In this document: piece after piece, positions 12,963-23,070 of the stretch
Layout of the letters: each line of letters begins with the position of its first letter
How positions within the stretch are numbered: the stretch's first letter is position 1
Translations under genes and position numbers: made by a program
Notes under the pieces: model-generated
Told to the model about the DNA's origin: nothing
The model's database searches: none
The model's input: only the letters and a program-made list of their open reading frames with translations
From: Azolla caroliniana
Lineage: Eukaryota > Plantae > Polypodiophyta
Length of the DNA stretch: 64,000 nucleotides
Direction: 5' to 3'
NCBI GenBank assembly: GCA_043228905.1
Contig: JBHGNT010000001.1
Span: forward strand, 18,538,001 to 18,602,000

Positions 12963-13865
12963 TCAACACTCCCCCTCAAGCTCAACTTGAGGTTCTGCAT
13001 GCTCCTCCGGATCTTCGCTCCGGCTTCTCTTGGCTTCACACGTCGCTCGCACTCCTCGACCCGTTCGATTCCGCCCGCTTCGACCCTTCCAGTCGGCTTG
13101 TCTAATCATGTAGCCCTTCTCAGATCCATTGTTGTCGCGGTATTGGCACCTCTTCCACTGCCCTTTCCTCCACTCGGTCCTTAGTTGATTCGGCATGTCC
13201 GAATCGAACATTTCAATTAAATCGGTCACTACCGATTCAATTCCACTTTCGCCCGATTTGGTTGTCTTCAATTTGTCTTCTGTCTTTAGGCCCTTGACAA
13301 CATCACACCACATCTTGGTCTTGGCCTTTACACCCTTCTTCGTAGTATTTCCCCTTTCTTCGACTGTCTTCGGCTCTTCCTTTCGATTACGGCCCTTGTT
13401 TTCTTCTTCGGCTTCTTCAGCCGACCCGAAATCGAATTCTTCATCCGATTCGGCATCGCGGTCACTATCGCTCCTTTCACGCTCTTGTTCATGTCTCCCC
13501 CTCAAGTTCGGGGTGTCGAGGTGATGAAAACCCAGCTCACCTGAGAAATGCCGCAACTTGTTGAGACCAAGGAGCTTGGTGAAGATGTCTGCAATTTGCC
13601 AACCCGTCGGAACATATGCCAGTTCGACTTCACCAGAGAGGACACGCTCGCGGACAAAATGATAGTGCACCTCAGTGTGCTTGGTCTGGGCGTGGAATAC
13701 AGGGTTTTTCGCAAGGTGGATGTTGTAGAGGTTGTCGCAATAGATCATCGTTGGATCGGACACCTCCACATGCAGATCCCATAATAGTTGTTTCAGCCAA
13801 AGGACTTCGCAAGTAGCGACAGTCGCCCCTCGATATTCGGCCTCCGTGCTCGACAGCACCACCAT
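12963..13865 (-). pseudogene. Copia RNase H with a ~180-aa charged C-terminal extension
   Basis: LSSTEAEY...CDN...KH.EVHYHF...ADIFTK, then NLRGR and an E/K/R-rich tail that is open up to the LTR. Confidence 0.8.
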
Positions 13866-15675
13866 CGGCTACTTCTTACTACTCCATGTGATCCCCGCAC
13901 TTCCCAATGAGAAGACATATCCGGATGTGGATCTACGATCGTGGGCATTTCCGGCCCAATCGACATCTGTGTAGCCAATTAACTGTTCGGCTACGCCTGT
14001 ACGATACAACAACGCCATGTCTTTCGTGCCACGGACATACCATAATATTCTCTGCATGCACTAAAGTTGTTCGGTCGTGACTGCGACATAAATTGATTGA
14101 TCATTCCAACCGGATAGCTAAGGTCCGACTGAGTGATCGTCAAGTAGATGAGGCTTCCGACAATCGGTCGAAACCGTGTTGGGTCGCATGCCTTTCTTGA
14201 ATCTCGGCGAAGCTTTACATTTCATCGAGAGGGGCCGAGATGGGCTTACAATTTGCCATCTCGAACGTGAAAAGCATATTCAACGCGTAATGACACTAAC
14301 TAATCAATATGCCTTTGGGGGAACGGATCACTTCGATCCCGAGGAATTAATGAAGGTCTCCAAGATCCTGCATTTCGGAGGATGTCGTGAGTTGAGACTT
14401 GACGCGACCGATTTCTTCCAAGTCGGCACCAGTGATAACTAAATCATCAACATAAAGTAAAAGGCTAACCAGTCCATGTTGACCTTGCCCAGTGAACAGT
14501 GAAGAGTCCGACATGGACGTTGTAAATCCCATTCTACACAACCGTTGTGTAATCTTCACGTTCCAAGCTCGCGGGGCTTGCTTAAGTCCGTATAATGCCT
14601 TCTTCAATCAGCAGACTGCCGAAGTGTTCTGTTCAAATAGAAATCTGGGGGGCTATACACATGTTCCTCAAGATCGCCTTCCAAGAACACATTTTTTACA
14701 TCCATCTGATGTAAGTGCCACCCCTTCACCACTGCTACGGCTCGCAAAACACGCACCATGGTCATCTTCACGACCGATGCAAACATCTCGTCGTAATCTA
14801 TGTCATGCTTCTGCACGTAGCCTTTCGCAACCAAATGGGCCTTATATCGATTGACGAACCCGTCAATGTTGTATTTCACCTTATACACCCATCTACATCC
14901 GATCAGCTTTACACCCTTCGGTGCGTCAACTAGGTCCCAAGTCTCAATGTCCGTTAATGCGCGCATCTCTTCCTCCATCGCGGCACGCCATTTTGCATCT
15001 TTCGCCGCTTCTGCATAGCTCTCCGGCTCACGCACTTCCGCCAGGCGTGTCATGTATGCATAATGATGCGCCATGTACTCATTGTACCCATACCTCTTTG
15101 TGGGGTTCTTCAGGCGGGTAGATCAGAGTAATTCTTGATTACCCAATTTCACGGCCTTTTCGGCCAATTTCGACCATCTCCTCGGTTCTTTATGCGGGGA
15201 CAACACAGTCGAGTCTCCACTACTCGCCGGCTGTTCATTTGGTTGACCATCTCGGCTCAACCCCTCATTCGGCCCGCTTAGCCGAAATGAGATTGGACTC
15301 TCTGTCAAAGCTCCAATTTCCTCATCACGCAGAGGCAGCTCGGCCTCACTAACCTCTTCTTCAAAATTCGGAATGGAGTCATCAAGGATTGGAGGTGAAG
15401 GCAAGTACCACGAAGCAGACTCGTCGAACACGACATCTCGGCTTACACGAACTTCCTTTGTTCGGGGTTTATAACACTTATACCCCTTTTGTTCATATGA
15501 ATAGCCGACCAATATGCACTTTTCGGCTTTGGCGTCCAGCTTCCTTCGTTTCTCCTTCGGCACATGCACGTACACGATGCTACCGAAAATGCTCAAGTGT
15601 GCCATTCTGCAAGTATCCATCCATCTTTATGGCTTCAGCCCAATAAAACTTCTCTTCAAGCATCACCCTAACCGT

Positions 15676-16539
15676 TGTCGTAGTGTAGGTTGCACACTAT
15701 GTGGAAATTATATTTGTGTCCCTCCGGATAGAGAATGGAGTGCTCGGTGAGAACCGGAGGAAAAACGGCATACCGGCAAGGAGGGAAAACGGTATACCGG
15801 CAAGGAAGAAAACGGCATACCGGCAAGGAGGAAAAACGGTATACCGGCAAGGAAGAAAACGGCATACCGGCAAGGAAGAGCCGGATAAAGAGACATAAAC
15901 GTAAAAGAAAAGGAAATACTCAATACTGCGCAGGGCGTGATTCGAACTCTGCACCTCCACGTTGACAAACCCCAACCTTACCATTACATTAACTTATCTT
16001 AAGTGTTTTAAATATAGATTTCATAGGTATAAGACCTTTATTTATGCATACCTTTATTAAAAGGTAAATCGTGTATTTCTTTAATATATGAAAAAGAAAA
16101 AACACGAGACACTAAAAATAACTCATGCACATCTAGCGTGCATGAGCACTATATTTAGCAAATAAAAGCAAGGATTAGAAAAGCATCACATGCATATTTA
16201 GTGTGCATGAACATATGAGAAAAAGCATGTAGCTATGCTTAGTCTCTCCCATCACTATATAAGGATGGGGAGCACATTGTAGTTGTTGTTGATTATTTGG
16301 ATTAAGAATTAATCAATACAAAAATTATTCGTGGGATTGACGATTTATACATCTACTTCTCTCTTAACACCCTAAGTACCAATTAATATAGTATACTCGT
16401 GTGATTCACGAGTTTCTTATCCTTCTCTTTGCTATTTACTCATAATTAATCTCTATCTCACGAACTCCTTTCTCCTAGTCCAAGACCTCTGTGGTTCCCA
16501 CCCGACTCACGCAACGATCCGGAGCCGAAAGGCACGACA
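15676..16539 (+). repeat. 5' LTR with five ~22-24-bp tandem repeats (AAAACGG(C/T)ATACCGGCAAGGA) at about 15760-15880
   Basis: Direct repeat of 22202-23070; CTATATAAGG near 16255. Confidence 0.95.
15903..15991 (-). promoter_or_regulatory. tRNA-like Pol III cassette antisense within the LTR (also present in the 3' LTR at about 22429-22517)
   Basis: Minus strand: TAATGTAATGG (15991-15981), AGTTCGAATCA (15948-15938), 43 nt apart, followed by TTTTCTTTT. Confidence 0.6.
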
Positions 16540-16544
16540 CAAGT

Positions 16545-16562
16545 TGGTGAACCCGACGTGAA
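16545..16562 (+). other. Primer-binding site complementary to the 3' end of plant cytosolic tRNA-Trp
   Basis: TGGTGAACCCGACGTGAA is the reverse complement of ...TTCACGTCGGGTTCACCA (tRNA-Trp 3' end, from recall). Confidence 0.85.
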
Positions 16563-16578
16563 GACGGGTGGCAAGGAG

Positions 16579-18612
16579 ATGGAGGCTCAACAAGCTAACA
16601 ATATGATGGCGATGTTCGAACGGATGCTTCAAGAACAACGCACGATGTCGGAGATTTCGGCATCAGTAGAGCGGCTCGTGCAACGCAACGGGCAATTTAA
16701 TGGTAAGGATGTGTCGCGATATTTGCAGGACTACAAGGCGGAGATGCTCCGGTGCCGGGCTTCGGAAGGACTGCAAGTGACATCCTTTAACCGGGTGGCG
16801 ACCGACGGGCTTCAAGGGAGTATCCACGGGTTGCAACAACAAAATCCGACGTGGGAAGCATTCGAAGAGGCGTTAAAGACCACGTTTGCCATCGAGGACT
16901 CCTCCAAGGCAACGCGGAGGGGATTCGAGGATTGGGTGGAAACGTCAGGTAAGGGGCTGAAGGTCCTCGAAGTGTTTTCGGCATTCGAAAGTCGGTTCGG
17001 GAGGTTGTCCGCGAGAGATCAAACTATTCTTGCACCGGACAAAGTCATCATGTTTTTGCGAGCTGTGGACGTCCGGGACCGGAAAGATCTCGGAGTGCTT
17101 CTTGAGGACACGACCACCGAAAGCGGCCTCACCGAAACATGGGAAAGCGTGCGGGATATCGTCGCGCGGTACACGAAGAGGGGGCAATGGCTTGCCAACG
17201 AAGAAAAGAGGGTTTCGGAACCGATTCCGAAACCGAGAACGGGACTGGAAGACCATCAACCGAGGGCTCGGGAGATTACGGCCGAGAAGGGAGTCGACGC
17301 GTCTACGGTGGAGCAGCTGCTGAAGGAGATGGAGAATCTAAAGATCGCGATGGTGAAGAAGTCGGATGACCGCCCCACAAGCTCCAAATATACGGATCGA
17401 CGGTGCATATGGTGCGATAGCGCCGAACACGATCGGAGGGATTGCGACGACCATAAGGAGGCGCTACGACGGGATCTCATCTACTACGAGGGAAACCGGA
17501 TTCATTCGATGGACTCTCGGAAGCCACTCCGACCGAACTTCCGGAAAGGCGGCATGAAGAAGGTGCTCGAGGAGGAGTTAGCGGCAAGAAGCAACTATGC
17601 GACAACCGCGGGAATATGTGTCGGGGAGTCATCGGGAGCGAAGGCGTCTTTCTGGCCGGAGGTGCTAGGAAACACCGAGAAAACCGACTCCAACGATATC
17701 CGAAACACCGCGGAAGGCGTCCGGGAAGCTACGGGATGGGAGTGCCCTGTCGACAAGAATAGCATATACGCCCTGTGTCAATTACATGAGGTGTATGTGG
17801 ACGAGAAACGACGGCGCACGGAGGATGCGGCCGGACCATCGAAGATACCGGAAAGCTGGAACTCCGGAGGTAAGGGAAAAGAAAAGGCGACTCCGGCATT
17901 CAAGCTCGCCTCGGACATAGAACAACAAACCGACTTGAAAAGAGTGTTCGAGGAAAGAATCTTGGATAGCCGGGTAGATTTTTCGCTGCGGGAACTACTC
18001 GGAATAGCGAAGAAGGAGTTTCACGATCTTCTCGTGGATCTCGTGAAAAGGAAGAGACAAAGTACGGAGGAAAATGCTCCAAGGGTGAATGCAAATACCG
18101 TTTCAATGAACGACACCGAAGTGGAAGGCGAAATTCCGAACTCCCACTATACAAGGCCACACTGGGCACGTGCGACTACGGAGACTCCGGTCCGAATCGG
18201 CAACATCAAAGAACCCGTGCTAGCATTGATTGATCACGGATCGGAGATCAACTTGATGTCCAAGGAGTTCTACCGAAAGGGGAAGTGGCCTATAAACACC
18301 AACCATGGATGGAAGATTCGGGCAGCCACGAAAACGACAGAAGACCTATTTGCGGCTTGTCCGGATGTGACGGTAAAGATCGGGGATGTCGAAATTGACC
18401 AAAATTTCTTTGTGCAGGATGAGGTTTCACATTCTGTCATCCTCGGCCAACCCTTTATCACGGCTTCACGGATGGAGACGAAGGTGCTCGATAGTGGTGC
18501 GGCTTTTGCGCGAATTCGGAGCCAAAACGGAGGGAAATCCGTCCAAACGGTGCCAGCAAATCACGAAAGGAACAAGAGGGAACTCTTGTCCCAAGTGAGA
18601 ATGGATTTTTAA
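16579..18612 (+). CDS. gag: Gag-protease polyprotein
   Basis: Open frame with first ATG at 16579; zinc knuckle CIWCDSAEHDRRDC; aspartic protease LIDHGSEINL...VILGQPF. Confidence 0.9.
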   Translation: MEAQQANNMMAMFERMLQEQRTMSEISASVERLVQRNGQFNGKDVSRYLQDYKAEMLRCRASEGLQVTSFNRVATDGLQGSIHGLQQQNPTWEAFEEALKTTFAIEDSSKATRRGFEDWVETSGKGLKVLEVFSAFESRFGRLSARDQTILAPDKVIMFLRAVDVRDRKDLGVLLEDTTTESGLTETWESVRDIVARYTKRGQWLANEEKRVSEPIPKPRTGLEDHQPRAREITAEKGVDASTVEQLLKEMENLKIAMVKKSDDRPTSSKYTDRRCIWCDSAEHDRRDCDDHKEALRRDLIYYEGNRIHSMDSRKPLRPNFRKGGMKKVLEEELAARSNYATTAGICVGESSGAKASFWPEVLGNTEKTDSNDIRNTAEGVREATGWECPVDKNSIYALCQLHEVYVDEKRRRTEDAAGPSKIPESWNSGGKGKEKATPAFKLASDIEQQTDLKRVFEERILDSRVDFSLRELLGIAKKEFHDLLVDLVKRKRQSTEENAPRVNANTVSMNDTEVEGEIPNSHYTRPHWARATTETPVRIGNIKEPVLALIDHGSEINLMSKEFYRKGKWPINTNHGWKIRAATKTTEDLFAACPDVTVKIGDVEIDQNFFVQDEVSHSVILGQPFITASRMETKVLDSGAAFARIRSQNGGKSVQTVPANHERNKRELLSQVRMDF

Positions 18613-21600
18613 AGCGGACTGTTGCGGAGTGGGGAAGTGATAGTCCGAGAAGCCTTGATACCCCACACAGGAAGAAAACTCTCGGAGCAAAACAAGTACG
18701 AATCGGCCCGGATGGGGCATCTACGTACACGGCCGTAACCGGAGGAATGAAGAAACAATACCGACAAGTGGAGGATAAGTTACGGTCGGCATCAATAATA
18801 AAAGAAGATGAAGAAATCGTGGGAGTGATCGAGGAAGTGTTCTATGGGAATACACTACAACGGCTTGAAGAGCTTGCGGAAGATAAAAGCCAAGGGAACC
18901 GGGTAGTCCCGGTGGAATCGGTCGAGATGTACGAGATCGTTGCGAAAATGGGGCCGGATGCGCTCCGCAAAGAAGAAGCAATGGTAAGTACGAGATACAA
19001 GACCGTGGAGAAAAAGGTGAAACCGGCCGCGGGACCACTACCCGCCGATAGCGAACAAAAGAAGAAAGAAGTCTCGGGAGATCCGACACTTCGGAAGTCC
19101 GTGGATATCGGACATGCCTTCACAGATGAGACCCGGAAGAAACTTCGGATCGGTGGAGGTGGGTTCCTCTTACAAGAAGAAGAAAAACGGTTTCGAGAGA
19201 TGTTGGAGCAACATGGCAAAGCATTCGCGTTCACATCGAGGGAGATCGGATGCATTGATCCAAAGATAGTGGAGCCGATGGTGATTTTCACGATTGATCA
19301 TGTACCGTGGAACCTGAAGCCGATTCCGGTGCCACGGGCGCATATTCCGAAAGTCATCGACTTGCTCAAGGAGAAGGTGGCGATGGGGATTCTAGAGCCA
19401 TCAAGTGCTCCGTACTCAAATCGATGGTTTACGGTTCCGAAGAAGAATGGGTCACTCCGATTCATCCAAGACTTGCAACCGGTGAACAAGGTCACGATCC
19501 GGAACTCGGGAGTCGGTCCGATAGTGGACGAATTCGCGGAAGCTTTTGCCGGACGTGCGATATACTCCATCGGGGACCTATACTCGGGGTATGACCAATT
19601 CCAACTAGCCGTGGAGAGCCGAGACATCACTACCATGCGGACACCGATAGGACTAGTTCGAATGTGCACACTACCACAAGGAGCGACAAACTCGGTTGCA
19701 CATATGATGAACGCGATGAACAAGGTGCTTCGAGATTGCATCCCGGAGATAACGATGCCGTTTCTAGATGACATTCCGATGAAAGGATGCGCGGTGGAAG
19801 AAAAAGATGAGACTATGGATGATCGGGGATGCCGAAAGTTCGTGGTCGACCATATTCATGATTGCGAGAAAGTGTTGCGAAAGCTAGAAGATGTGCACCT
19901 AACACTTTCCGGGGAGAAATCGGCATTCGGGCAAGAAGAAATATTGGTGGTCGGACATCTATGTGGACCCTACGGCCGAAGACCGTCACCAACAAAGATC
20001 GATGCGATTCAAGCTATGAAGGAAGTATGTGAGTCAACATCGGAAGTCCGAAGGTTTCTGGGTGCGTGTGCATTCTATCACATATGGATTCCGCACTATG
20101 CACATATAGCGGACCCGCTCTATCACTTGTTGCGGAAAGGTAAGAAATTCGAGTGGAAACCGGAACACACTAAAGCCATGAGGAAGCTCAAGAAGACACT
20201 ATGGAGGGCGGAATCACTTAAGAAGCCAAGCTACGAGCGGCCAATCATAGTAACGGTTGATACAAGTCCAACCGGTATCGGGTGGGTCATCAATCAAGCC
20301 GACTCGGATGGTTCGCGGTATCCGATCCGATTTGGAGCAAAGGTCCTCAACGAAAGGCAACGCGGATATGCACAAGTCAAAAGAGAATTGTGGGGAGTCG
20401 TGTCGGCGATAAAATCGGATCGGGATTATTTGATCGGAGCTGAAGTGGTGATCGAGACGGATTGTCTTCCGATACTCGGGATGATGCGGTGTTGTACGAT
20501 ACCGGATGTGGCTATGCTAAGGTGGATTGCATATGTCAAGTCACTTAATCCGGAGGTTCGACACATCTCGGGGAAGGACAACGCGGTAGCGGACATGTTA
20601 TCGAGGGCGCGGTTTGAAGACGACATAACCGAATCAGATAATGAAGAAGTTTCCGAAGACTACTTCACATCAGAACACATATGCCGAGTGAACGTGATCC
20701 GAGAATTCCGGGAAGAAGAATACGAGGGGGAAACCTTGATGATCGGGAAGATGCTACAAGAGGTCGAGGATTCAACCAATGATAAAGAAAGGAGAGCCGA
20801 GATCCGAAGGAAGAAGAGGCAAGTCCAAAAGTTCTTCTTGGAAAACGGTTTAATATGGAGGACGCCGAAAAGACCGGATGGGATACCACTTCGAGTAGTC
20901 GGGACGAAAGAGCAACGAAACCGGATAATGTCCGAGTTCCACGAATCCGATTGGGCTGGACATCGAGGAACATGGGCAACTTTTGTGAAAATCAAGCAAA
21001 GATATTGGTGGAAGAACATGTATAAAGATGTCGCGGAGTTCACAGAAAGCTGCGAGAAATGTCAAGTCTACTCCGGGGTCCGACACCGAGATGAGCTGCA
21101 TCCGACATTCTCACCGACAATCAACTTCAAGTGGATGGTCGACATTGTAGCTATGCCGACCGGGATTGGACAAAAGAAATACTTGGTGTTAGCTCGAGAA
21201 GATCTCACAAACCAAGTTGAAGGTCGAGCGCTTCGGAGGAAAACGTGTGCCGCGGTGTGCCAGTTTCTTTTGGAAGAAGTGTTTTGTAGGTACGGCTGCG
21301 TAGGACAAGTGATTGCGGACCGGGGAGAACTCGACTCGGACAAAGCTAGGGGATTCTTCGCCAAACATGGAGTTCGGTTAACGTTGACAACGGCCTACAA
21401 TCCGGAGGCCAACGGGAAGATCGAACGAGGACATAGTCCGATCGTGAAAGCACTTGCTAAGGCATGCGACGGAAGGGTGAAGGATTGGCCACAAATGCTT
21501 CCGTATGCACTATGGGCGGATCGGACGACGCATAGCTCCGTGACCGGTTACATGCCGGCAGAACTCATGACCGGACAAGCACCGGTAATGCCAACGGAAA

Positions 21601-22214
21601 CCGCAATCGCGACATGGACAATACTACCGTGGAAGGAAGAGATGAGCCGGGAAGAACTACTAGCGGTCCGGATACGACAACTGGAGGGAAGACCGAAAGA
21701 TGTAGCGGACGCGTCACGCCGACAACAAGAAGCACGGTTCCGGAACAAAAGCCGGTTCGACACAAAGCACCGACTACGACCGAGGAGGATTGAAGAAGGA
21801 GATTGGGTGATCGTCTATGATAGTAGCTTGGACCATCAACATACAACGATGCGGAAATTCGCGAAAAGGTGGTTCGGGCCGTACGAGGTTCGGAAGGTCT
21901 TCGACAACGGGACGTACCGACTGTCCGAGTTGGATGGAACAATACTACGAGTGCCTATAGCCGGGAAGCGGGTGAAGATTTTCAAGAAGCGGACCGACGA
22001 CAAACCTTATGTGATCCAAGTCGAGGCCGACAACGAGGAGCAATCGGACGAAGACCACAATGATGCGGGAAGCGAAGAAAGTGGATTACAACTCATAGTC
22101 GACATAAGGGGAGAATCGGAGGAAGCTTCGGATGAAGACGGATACGAAGAATCAAGAACTTCGGCACATACCGGAGGATGTGCGGGTTTGGAGGGGGCGA
22201 GTGTCGTAGTGTAG
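18603..22214 (+). CDS. pol: Pol (RT-RNase H-integrase) in the -1 frame relative to gag-pro; first ATG at 18747
   Basis: RT DLYSGYDQ, LPQGATNS, PFLDD; RH VDTSPTGIG, ETDC; IN H..DWAGH...CEKC, VD...DRG...E, WFGPY; the frame is open from 18603. Confidence 0.93.
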   Translation, partial: GFLKRTVAEWGSDSPRSLDTPHRKKTLGAKQVRIGPDGASTYTAVTGGMKKQYRQVEDKLRSASIIKEDEEIVGVIEEVFYGNTLQRLEELAEDKSQGNRVVPVESVEMYEIVAKMGPDALRKEEAMVSTRYKTVEKKVKPAAGPLPADSEQKKKEVSGDPTLRKSVDIGHAFTDETRKKLRIGGGGFLLQEEEKRFREMLEQHGKAFAFTSREIGCIDPKIVEPMVIFTIDHVPWNLKPIPVPRAHIPKVIDLLKEKVAMGILEPSSAPYSNRWFTVPKKNGSLRFIQDLQPVNKVTIRNSGVGPIVDEFAEAFAGRAIYSIGDLYSGYDQFQLAVESRDITTMRTPIGLVRMCTLPQGATNSVAHMMNAMNKVLRDCIPEITMPFLDDIPMKGCAVEEKDETMDDRGCRKFVVDHIHDCEKVLRKLEDVHLTLSGEKSAFGQEEILVVGHLCGPYGRRPSPTKIDAIQAMKEVCESTSEVRRFLGACAFYHIWIPHYAHIADPLYHLLRKGKKFEWKPEHTKAMRKLKKTLWRAESLKKPSYERPIIVTVDTSPTGIGWVINQADSDGSRYPIRFGAKVLNERQRGYAQVKRELWGVVSAIKSDRDYLIGAEVVIETDCLPILGMMRCCTIPDVAMLRWIAYVKSLNPEVRHISGKDNAVADMLSRARFEDDITESDNEEVSEDYFTSEHICRVNVIREFREEEYEGETLMIGKMLQEVEDSTNDKERRAEIRRKKRQVQKFFLENGLIWRTPKRPDGIPLRVVGTKEQRNRIMSEFHESDWAGHRGTWATFVKIKQRYWWKNMYKDVAEFTESCEKCQVYSGVRHRDELHPTFSPTINFKWMVDIVAMPTGIGQKKYLVLAREDLTNQVEGRALRRKTCAAVCQFLLEEVFCRYGCVGQVIADRGELDSDKARGFFAKHGVRLTLTTAYNPEANGKIERGHSPIVKALAKACDGRVKDWPQMLPYALWADRTTHSSVTGYMPAELMTGQAPVMPTETAIATWTILPWKEEMSREELLAVRIRQLEGRPKDVADASRRQQEARFRNKSRFDTKHRLRPRRIEEGDWVIVYDSSLDHQHTTMRKFAKRWFGPYEVRKVFDNGTYRLSELDGTILRVPIAGKRVKIFKKRTDDKPYVIQVEADNEEQSDEDHNDAGSEESGLQLIVDIRGESEEASDEDGYEESRTSAHTGGCAGLEGASVVV

Positions 22215-23070
22215 GTTGCACACTATGTGGAAATTATATTTTTGTCCCTCCGGATAGAGAATGGAGTGCTCGGTGAGAACCGGAGGAAAAACGGCATACC
22301 GGCAAGGAGGGAAAACGGTATACCGGCAAGGAAGAAAACGGCATACCGGCAAGGAGGAAAAACGGTATACCGGCAAGGAAGAAAACGGCATACCGGCAAG
22401 GAAGAGCCGGATAAAGAGACATAAACGTAAAAGAAAAGGAAATACTCAATACTGCGCAGGGCGCGATTCGAACTCTGCACCTCCACGTTGACAAACCCCA
22501 ACCTTACCATTACATTAACTTATCTTAAGTGTTTTAAATATAGATTTCATAGGTATAAGACCTTTATTTATGCATACCTTTATTAAAAGGTAAATCGTGT
22601 ATTTTTTAATATATGAAAAAAGAAAAGAAAAGAAAAACACGAGACACTAAAAATAACTCATGCACATCTAGCGTGCATGAGCCCTATACTTAGGAAATAA
22701 AAAAAAAGCATCACATGCACATTTAGTGGACATGAACACTTTTTGTAAAAAAAAAAGCATGAAGCCATGCTTAGCTCTTCCTTCCTTATATAAGGAGGAG
22801 AGAAATATGTATATGGTTGTTGATTATTTGGATTAAGTATTAATCAATACAAAAATTATTCGTGGGATTCACGATTTATACATCTACTTCTCTCTTAACA
22901 CCCTAAGTACCAATTAATATAGTATACTCGTGTGATTCACGAGTTTCTTATCTTTCTCTTTGCTATTTACTCATAATTAATCTCTATCTCACGAACTTCT
23001 TTCTCCTAGTCCTAGACCTCTGTGGTTCCCACCCGACTCACGCAACGATCCGGAGCCGAAAGGCACGACA
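22202..23070 (+). repeat. 3' LTR of the intact Gypsy
   Basis: TGTCG...CGACA; direct repeat of 15676-16539. Confidence 0.95.

Larger units (their letters stand above)
15676..23070 (+). mobile_element. Apparently intact Ty3/Gypsy (no chromodomain, TGTCG...CGACA termini, tRNA-Trp PBS), 4-bp TSD CCGT
   Basis: LTRs 15676-16539 and 22202-23070; CCGT at 15672-15675 and 23071-23074; PPT GGGTTTGGAGGGGGCGAG before 22202; two long open frames. Confidence 0.96.

Noticed and set aside
15920-15998. Functional tRNA gene (also 2980-3050)
   Set aside because: Acceptor, anticodon and T stems do not pair; only the promoter boxes remain.
18842-21763. Antisense ORFs over pol
   Set aside because: Shadow frames of a GC-rich coding sequence with no recognisable domains.
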